Source: Candidatus Thorarchaeota archaeon
Lineage (GTDB): Archaea > Asgardarchaeota > Thorarchaeia > Thorarchaeales > Thorarchaeaceae
Assembly: GCA_016933575.1 (NCBI GenBank)
Contig: JAFGAR010000153.1
Coordinates: 1-15,896, forward strand
Length of the DNA stretch: 15,896 bases
Direction: 5' to 3'
The translations under genes were made by a program, and so were the position numbers. Every line of letters begins with the position of its first letter. Position 1 is the first letter of the stretch. Positions 1 to 6,700 of the stretch are shown here, in pieces. Under the pieces are notes generated by a model that saw only the letters and a program-made list of their open reading frames with translations, was not told the origin of the DNA and did no database searches.

Positions 1-13
1 ACCTTTCCGATTC

Positions 14-1030
14 TCACCCAATCTGTACAGACATAACCAAGATCATGATTCCTCTATATTTGTCAGCTATATACACCACATCACCGATTACATCCATATC
101 ATTGCACATCCCTGCCTCGCTGAACCTCGCAAGGAGCACTGGCTGACCGGGGTCGCTTACATCGACCATGAGCAGGCCATCCGTCCATCCCGCGACATAG
201 GCGATGCAATCGCTGACCAGGATGGCATTCCCCCCGACTTCGAATCGTCCCGCCTCCTCGATTGCAGCTGGATCGCTCACATCCAGGATGCGCATCTCAC
301 CACCACCCGTCCCATGGTTGCCCATGTAGGCATAGTCCCCTACGACGACAGGGTTCCACAGGTCCGCATCAGTCGGCATGAATTGACCAGCATAGGTCGG
401 GTCGAGCGGATCGCTCACGTTGACTACTCGTAGTCCCGTGTTCTCGCTCCTGTGGTCTGACACATAGGCAAGGTTTTCGACGACGTACAGCTGCACGCAT
501 GCGCCTATGATGGGGTAGTCAGACAAGAAGACTGGACTAGTTGGGTCGCTGATATTGAGGATGACCAGTCCCTCGTTCCAGTCAGCCACATAGGCAAGGT
601 CTCCGACGACCTGGACATCGTAGATCTCCCCGCTTCCCTCATACTCCCCCACCTCGATAGGATCCGAAGGGTCGCTCACGTCGATAATCTCCAGTGCCTC
701 GAACTGGTCCGCGACAAAGACAAGATCGCTAACGACGTCCAGTGACATCGGAGCGCCTCCATCATGGAAGGACCCGAGCTCCACAGGCGCAGTTGGATCG
801 CTGACATTGACGATCACCAGCCCTCGCGGCGTTGGTTCGTCCCGTTCTAGGACATAAGCGATATCCCCTTCAACCTCCACCGCCCACGCCCAGCCGACAT
901 CCAGCTCTCCGACCTTGGTCAGCTCGATTTGGTGTGGTTGCAGCAGCAAGGCCAATGGGATGGCAATCCCAATGGTCACTAAAAGAAAAGCAGCAAAGCC
1001 AATGATGCCACGCCTTCGTGTCGAGTTCAT
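14..1030 (-). CDS. Membrane-anchored LVIVD-repeat beta-propeller protein (probably 7 blades)
   Basis: 338-aa ORF. Basic N-terminus plus hydrophobic helix (RRRGIIGFAAFLLVTIGIAIPLALLL). Six copies of a L.I.[DN][VI]SDP..P-like motif alternate with AYVAD-like strands, plus a closing blade. GGTGAG ribosome site at 1042-1037. Confidence 0.9.
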   Translation of the reverse strand: MNSTRRRGIIGFAAFLLVTIGIAIPLALLLQPHQIELTKVGELDVGWAWAVEVEGDIAYVLERDEPTPRGLVIVNVSDPTAPVELGSFHDGGAPMSLDVVSDLVFVADQFEALEIIDVSDPSDPIEVGEYEGSGEIYDVQVVGDLAYVADWNEGLVILNISDPTSPVFLSDYPIIGACVQLYVVENLAYVSDHRSENTGLRVVNVSDPLDPTYAGQFMPTDADLWNPVVVGDYAYMGNHGTGGGEMRILDVSDPAAIEEAGRFEVGGNAILVSDCIAYVAGWTDGLLMVDVSDPGQPVLLARFSEAGMCNDMDVIGDVVYIADKYRGIMILVMSVQIG

Positions 1031-1059
1031 TATAATCTCACCACGAACTGTGATTCGTC

Positions 1060-1080
1060 CACTGGTTAAAAGAGTGGGAA
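1060..1080 (-). promoter_or_regulatory. Putative archaeal TATA box for the LVIVD gene
   Basis: CTTTTAAC on the minus strand at 1072-1065, ~35-40 nt upstream of the ATG at 1030. Confidence 0.4.
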
Positions 1081-1210
1081 TCGGCGCAATCCATGACGTT
1101 CTTCCTCAATCCAAGCTCTCTATGCGGCCTATGCTAGCAAGTTATCACTCCATCAGGAGATTAACTCACTCCTTGACTATTGCAATGACTATTCGAAAGT
1201 ACCTGTATCA

Positions 1211-2095
1211 CTATTGAAGCAGAAAATCATCAATCACTTTTTTGAATTCATCCGCCTTGGATATCGAAGGCATGTGTCCCCCTTCCAGAAAGGTATGGGT
1301 CGTCGCATTTGGATACATCTCTCGAAGCGCAGCGGAGGCTCCATCAAGCACTCCGGGGTCATGACTTGAGTCAATAAGCAGGACCTTTGTTGAATAGGTG
1401 AGCGAATCCTCTGGAGAGAATCTGAAGTTACTATGAAAGTCCAGCAGTCCCTGATAGTGACACACGAACTCCTTCTTGGTCAACCATTTTCTGGCAAAAT
1501 GCTCTACCAAGAGGGCATCATACAAATCCCTCTGCTCTGTGTGGATGCCATCTAGCAGCTTTTTGAAAGACCGTAATCCTCCCCATGTCACTACTCTGTT
1601 GGGTAGCATACGAATGATTCGTAGCCCTCTTTCCAGCCTCTTGATGATATCTGGATTCTCAGAGATCGTCCCCGTATTTGCGAGAATCGCGTGAGTGATA
1701 CGATCCGGTACAGCATGCAGGACACATTGAGCAACAACTCCTCCGTAGGAGCTTCCTATGATCGCGAACCTGTGTATCCCTATCTCGTCCAGTAATGAGA
1801 TAATGCCATCGCGGAGTACGTTCATACTGCCTGTTGTCGGATAGGAAGGTGCGATGACTCTATATCGCTTCTCAAAGGCCTGCAGCATTCTCCAGCCAAT
1901 GTGTGGACGCCGCATCCCTCCGGGTACCATTACGAGATTGATATTCCCCTCTTCAGTGTCAATGTACTCCCACGTATTCCCAGCTATCTCTCGCGTCTTG
2001 AATTGATGCGTTTCTCTGAAATTCAGAATCTCTCTGCGTTGGGTAGAGCTGACATTAGCGAATAGCCGATCGAACAATGCGTCCATAGCAGGCAC
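1211..2095 (-). CDS. Alpha/beta-fold hydrolase (maspardin-like subfamily; putative esterase)
   Basis: Nucleophile elbow GSSYGG, oxyanion segment MVPGG, acid candidate in SSHDPG, catalytic His in EGGHMP, plus YRVIAP and PDRI..AIL motifs. Start may be GTG 2095 or ATG 2086. Confidence 0.9.
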   Translation of the reverse strand: MPAMDALFDRLFANVSSTQRREILNFRETHQFKTREIAGNTWEYIDTEEGNINLVMVPGGMRRPHIGWRMLQAFEKRYRVIAPSYPTTGSMNVLRDGIISLLDEIGIHRFAIIGSSYGGVVAQCVLHAVPDRITHAILANTGTISENPDIIKRLERGLRIIRMLPNRVVTWGGLRSFKKLLDGIHTEQRDLYDALLVEHFARKWLTKKEFVCHYQGLLDFHSNFRFSPEDSLTYSTKVLLIDSSHDPGVLDGASAALREMYPNATTHTFLEGGHMPSISKADEFKKVIDDFLLQ

Positions 2096-2112
2096 ATCCG
2101 GATACTTCTAGC

Positions 2113-2138
2113 TATACAAAGGTGCATATCTGTATAAG
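2113..2138 (-). promoter_or_regulatory. Putative TATA box (CTTATACA) of the hydrolase gene, overlapped by an imperfect 24-bp palindrome
   Basis: TATACAAAGGTG|CATATCTGTATA at 2113-2136 has 9 of 12 positions symmetric. Minus-strand CTTATACA at 2138-2131. Confidence 0.4.
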
Positions 2139-2159
2139 GTGTTATATCTCTCCTACTTC

Positions 2160-2477
2160 TTACCTCTCCCACTTCAGGTCCTTCACGATGAAGTCCGAGA
2201 TCGAGCTAAGCAGCCTACCGAGCTTATCCCCCTTCTTCGTGAGGGTATGGATGATCTCGTTCCCCTCCTTCTCGATAGTGATGAGCTCGTTGTCAAGGAG
2301 GAACTTCCTGACCCCTGCTACCCTCGTGCCATTCAGGGCTGGCAGGGTCTTGGTCTCGAGACCCTTCTTGATGATCTCATCGGCTCTTGCCCTACCTTTC
2401 AATCGTGTAAGAAGGAGGATCACGGTGAGCTCGTACTCTCCTCTCAGTAGTTTTACGAATGGACTGATCTTTGCCAT
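2160..2477 (-). CDS. Small winged helix-turn-helix protein (HxlR/MarR/ArsR-like)
   Basis: 105 aa from ATG 2477 (track starts at TTG 2483). FLLDNELITIEKEGNEIIHTLTKKGDKLGRLL is a typical recognition-helix end, wing and LT.KG motif. Confidence 0.75.
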   Translation of the reverse strand: MAKISPFVKLLRGEYELTVILLLTRLKGRARADEIIKKGLETKTLPALNGTRVAGVRKFLLDNELITIEKEGNEIIHTLTKKGDKLGRLLSSISDFIVKDLKWER

Positions 2478-2479
2478 GT

Positions 2480-2578
2480 TCAAGCAACTCCAATACCCTC
2501 AAGATACTCCAAGGTTTCTTTTCTGTGTTTATCGGATGCCTTACAGTCACTCAAAATATGAGATGGGTCCTTGATCAT
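2480..2578 (-). CDS. Possible 32-aa micro-ORF or wHTH gene fragment (MIKDPSHILSDCKASDKHRKETLEYLEGIGVA)
   Basis: Translated by hand. ATG 2578, TGA 2482-2480 ending 2 nt before the next gene's ATG. The S.K....L..LE..G pattern resembles an HTH recognition helix. Confidence 0.3.
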   Translation of the reverse strand: MIKDPSHILSDCKASDKHRKETLEYLEGIGVA

Positions 2579-2588
2579 CTCAAGGACC
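2566..2588. repeat. Perfect 9-bp inverted repeat GGTCCTTGA-N5-TCAAGGACC
   Basis: Arms at 2566-2574 and 2580-2588. An overlapping alternative pair is TGAGATG (2559-2565) / CATCTCA (2576-2582). Confidence 0.7.
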
Positions 2589-2610
2589 ACGGTATGGAAC
2601 GATCAGCTGA

Positions 2611-2766
2611 CTACTCGCTGTCCGATGGCTCATCTTGCCGGTCGATCTTCCCCTTGAAGGCTCCCGGGTCAATGCCAGCTAGCACAGAGAGGATGTATCG
2701 ACTGAGCGGCTTGGAGAGCAGGTCTAGGACATGATCAATAGCCGCTGTCTTTTCCTCACTGCTCAC
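2611..2766 (-). CDS. 51-aa small protein resembling the first two helices of an ArsR/HxlR wHTH (not in the ORF track)
   Basis: GTG 2766 to TAG 2611: MSSEEKTAAIDHVLDLLSKPLSRYILSVLAGIDPGAFKGKIDRQDEPSDSE. Preceded by GGAGG (2780-2776) and overlapping the upstream gene's end by 11 nt, typical of translational coupling. Confidence 0.6.
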   Translation of the reverse strand: MSSEEKTAAIDHVLDLLSKPLSRYILSVLAGIDPGAFKGKIDRQDEPSDSE

Positions 2767-3553
2767 TGTTCATCTCCTCCAACCTGTCTGCTCTTCTCTT
2801 GGCATGGATGACCAATCCGACAGTGATTGTCGTCATGAGGGCTCCGAACAGCAAGAGGCCAAACCAGACGGGCGAGTAGAGAGCGATCTCTCCCGCGTAT
2901 GGAAGTATGATCAAGAGCAAGAAGGATACCACAGATACGGCTGTCGTCCCCGTGATGATGAAGAAGCTATTCCTATTCGGGGATCGAATGAAGAACCAGT
3001 TGGGTGAGAGGAAGAGGAGGACCGAGAAGCCCAGCTTGTACTTGGCGACCATCGATACAACTTTCACAAGTGAGCCCAGGCCCACTGTGAGAGCTGCGGA
3101 AAAGGCGATGATGGCGAGCCACGACCAGAGATCCCATACCCCATAGGTCAGCAAGACGGGGATGAGAGAGATGATCGTGAGCATGAAGCCGATCATCATG
3201 CCCATCTGCCCCAAGAATAGCTGCAATTCCTTTCGAGGGCTCATGGACATGACTGCGCCAAGGACGTTGTATCGATCGATCTTGGCATCCTTGGTGACCT
3301 GATCGACGAGGATGAGGGCACGCTTTCCCAAGTCACTTATCCGGTATTCACCGTTGGTCCGCTCGATCAGGCCTGCCTCGATGAGCTCCTTCAGGTGATA
3401 GTTGAAGGTGCCGCTCATGAGGTCTGGATCGAGACCCAGCACCTGCATGATCTCAGTGTAGGTAGCACTACCTCTGTCCGAGATCTGCTTCATGATCGTA
3501 CGACGTGTCGAGCTCGAGAGAGCCTTCAACACATTTTCAGAGTCCGAGTTCAT
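2756..3553 (-). CDS. Membrane-bound ArsR-type winged-helix transcriptional regulator
   Basis: N-terminal VLKALSSSTRRTIM...TYTEIM...SGTFNYHLKELIEAGLIER...YRISDLGKRAL is an archaeal ArsR-like wHTH. The C-terminal half has 4-5 hydrophobic helices. Confidence 0.85.
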   Translation of the reverse strand: MNSDSENVLKALSSSTRRTIMKQISDRGSATYTEIMQVLGLDPDLMSGTFNYHLKELIEAGLIERTNGEYRISDLGKRALILVDQVTKDAKIDRYNVLGAVMSMSPRKELQLFLGQMGMMIGFMLTIISLIPVLLTYGVWDLWSWLAIIAFSAALTVGLGSLVKVVSMVAKYKLGFSVLLFLSPNWFFIRSPNRNSFFIITGTTAVSVVSFLLLIILPYAGEIALYSPVWFGLLLFGALMTTITVGLVIHAKRRADRLEEMNSEQ

Positions 3554-3557
3554 TTTC

Positions 3558-3609
3558 AGTACCGGTATGTACTTGGATTGTAGATTATTAAGCGATTTTC
3601 ACTAAAATC
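3558..3609 (-). promoter_or_regulatory. BRE/TATA-like promoter of the membrane regulator with two short palindromes
   Basis: Minus strand GAAAATCGCTTAATAAT (TTAATAA 3591-3585). Palindromes GATTTT-N4-AAAATC (3594-3609) and AGTAC-N6-GTACT (3558-3573). Confidence 0.5.
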
Positions 3610-3684
3610 TTCGTGGTGTCGGTTTTAGGTCTGTCGAATTCTTTCGTGATTGCATTCTGGAAGTTATTTCTTCTGAAGTCAGTA

Positions 3685-3720
3685 ATAGGAACCTTCGAAA
3701 TGAAATCCGAAGGTTCCTAT
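3685..3720 (-). terminator. 13-bp perfect stem-loop just downstream of the 1850-aa gene (terminator or 3' stability hairpin)
   Basis: ATAGGAACCTTCG (3685-3697), 10-nt loop, CGAAGGTTCCTAT (3708-3720), 9 nt after the stop codon at 3730. No strong U-tract. Confidence 0.6.
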
Positions 3721-3729
3721 ATCAATGCA

Positions 3730-6700
3730 TTACTGAAGCCAAGTGAATACTGTTTCGATATCTGCCATAGATTCACTTTTTATCAAGAGAAGACGATTTG
3801 TGTAATAGGCAAATCGCATATATCCATCATCAAGAATGAAGTCTGCTATCTGCCATCCACTCTCTTCAGCTGTTTCTACTAGCGATATGTTCACCCTCGA
3901 TAAGAGCATATTGAATCCTAGTATATACCAACCGATGTCTTCAGGAGTCTTGGCATCCAATAATCCTGTTTTAACAAGCACTCCCTCATCTGATTCATAA
4001 TCCACGATACCTGCGTAATCCAATCTCAATGAGTCATTCCCAAAAAGATCCAGACTTTGAGGTGTACCTGTATAGCCTTCGACGGAACTAGGTAGGGGTC
4101 GAAATGCTGGAAATAGGAGATTGTACATTCCAATGAAGAATGCACCAATTAAGAGAATAAACACCAATGCGAATAATCCCTTAATTCTTCTATTCCGCTT
4201 CTTATCATAGTATGATTGCATGATAGGTGATGTAACTGCTGCAAGAAAGAGAATGACTACGGGTAGCTCAAGAATACCAAGTTGAATTCCCTGAGGGTCA
4301 TCTGCTATTCGAACACTTGAAACACCAGAGATTCTATCTTCAACTAATGACACTCTTGCATCAGTGAAGGAGATTATAAGTTCCAATTCAGTTACAAGGG
4401 TTTCCATAGCATCATCTGCTTCGTCCTTGAGTTCTTCCCATGATGCAATATCAGTATCTATATCATAACCAGTAAATGCCCAAATAACAAGCGTAGGGAT
4501 GGAAGCAGTTCTTTTGAATTCGGAAAGTGTATTTATTTTCCACTCCGCAAATTTACAAATAGCAGAATCAATTTGCATCTTCAGTCCATAGAGCATAAGA
4601 TACTGGTTGATATCACCTTCACCATTTACTATTTCTTGATATACGCTACCTGTAGCTTGACACAATCTTGCCAGAGCTGAACATGCAGCGGCAGTAACGA
4701 AGCTATCTGATAGCATCAAATCCGTATCACTTGTGAAGAGTTTTGATAGTGTAAATCCGGTTATGTCCTCTGCTGCTTCTCCGAACTCCGATGCGGCGTT
4801 CATAGCATTTCCCAATATCTCAAATGATTCGGATGCAGCAAGATGCTGATAAATCCCAAAGAAGTCATGGATATCGTCCATGCAAGAAACCATGTCAATG
4901 AAGGGTGAGTCGGGATAGATTGTTCCGTACTGGTTTCCTATCTGAGTCAGTTGAGGGCCTAATGCACTGAAATACGCAAGTGTGTCTGTGGTTTCAAACA
5001 TAACAGATAGGATTCCAAGAATTGTACCCACTGGTATCCCCATTGTCGCAATATCTGGAAGAGCAGCAATCACTTGTGAGATCATTAATCCTGTTTTCAC
5101 ACTTTCCCAAGCTTCTGCATCAGCATCCCAATCCTTCATCAGGCTTTGATAATGTGTGACAGAGCTTGCATCCCCAAAAACCTCAAGATGAATCCAATTT
5201 TCTTGAATGTAATCTTGCATGAGCACATAATCGCAAACCTCCAAGTCTTCTTCTATCGCATGTGTTCCAACATCAATGACTAGATATCCAGTACAGCCTC
5301 CTCCAGAACTTCTAAACTCGAAGACATGATAGACAATATCAAGAAGTATAACCTCACGAGGACCATTCAGTGTTTCACTACTCTGAAGATACTCTTCTGC
5401 TAAATCTGTACTACTGAAGGCACCTACTGTATAGGTCACTACTTCTGACTCTCCAATATTCCCACTTTCATCCTCTGCTGTGACCTTGTATCTGACCTTG
5501 ATTCCAGCAGCTTGTTTAGGAATGCTGGCACTCCAAGTATCTCCCTCCTCAGTCATACTAACATCTGTCCAAGTTGAGCCGCTGTCGGTAGAGTATGATA
5601 ATGTAACCTCAGAAATTCCTGATGAATCTGTTATCGTTGCACAAACGATCACTGCATCATCTTCCGATGGGCTCGAAGGAGTGTGTTCTACGGATATTGA
5701 TGGAGCTGAAGAATCCTCTATATTATATGATTTGATGGACGATACTGCCTGATTTCCTTCGTTATCTTCTGCTACAACTTTGTATTCTACAGTTGTTCCA
5801 ATAGATTGGGTTGGAATCTTGCCCTGGTATTTACCTACACTATAGCTCATGGAAACATCTATCCAACCACTTCCCGTAGAATAGCAAATTTTGGCCCAAC
5901 TGATTCCACTTGAGTCTGTTATTTTAGCTGTAATTGTTACCTCGTCATTTTCACTTGGAGATGACGGTGAATGATCAACATCGCTGATAACCGGAGCATC
6001 TTTGTCAGAAACTGTATATGAACACACTGTAGAAACTCCCCAATTACCCACCGTATCCTCTGCGTAGGCTTTGTATTCGACAAAGGAGCCGACATCTTGA
6101 GGAGGAATCTGTTGTTCCCAGTATACCGTATCGATCCACATCGATAGATTCGTCCAAATCCCAGAATCCACACGATATGATAGAATCACCTGTAAGATTC
6201 CGCTTTCATCTGTTGCCCCAACGTATATGTCAACGTAATCATCAGGACCTGGCGACGATGGATACTTGAAGGATGTTAGTTCTGGAGGATTTGTTTCCAC
6301 TCCTGACGAAACGATATAGGACTGAATTCCTGATATACGCCAATTGTCCAGTGTGTCATTTGCGTAGACCTTATACTGAACTGAAGCATCTTCTGCCTGA
6401 GATGGGATATCTGCAGTATATGTCGTCGTTGCAAGTGTCATAGTCACATTGATCCATGGACCGTCATCAACAGAATAAGATAGGATTACCTTACTCACAC
6501 CAGTTTGATCCCACAATTCCGCAGAGATGGTGACTGGATCATCACTTGTTGGGCTCGAAGGAATTTGTGAAAGGTCAATTGTTGGTCCGGATGTATCCTC
6601 AACTACAATACTACCATCATACTCCACGACATAGACACGAGTATATACCAATGGATCATAGTCGTTGCGACCCCATAGTATCACCTCAGGGATCGCATCA

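Noticed and set aside
1000-1030. Twin-arginine (Tat) signal in the LVIVD protein (STRRRGII)
   Set aside because: It lacks the F/L consensus after RR and is adequately explained as a positive-inside signal anchor.
1174-1193. Direct repeat TGACTATT x2 downstream of the hydrolase
   Set aside because: Only two short copies with no supporting context. Not a CRISPR or iteron array.
2575-2613. Pyrrolysine or selenocysteine readthrough of the 51-aa ORF's TAG
   Set aside because: Readthrough adds only 11 further codons before a TGA and does not join the downstream ORFs in frame. No SECIS-like element was recognised.
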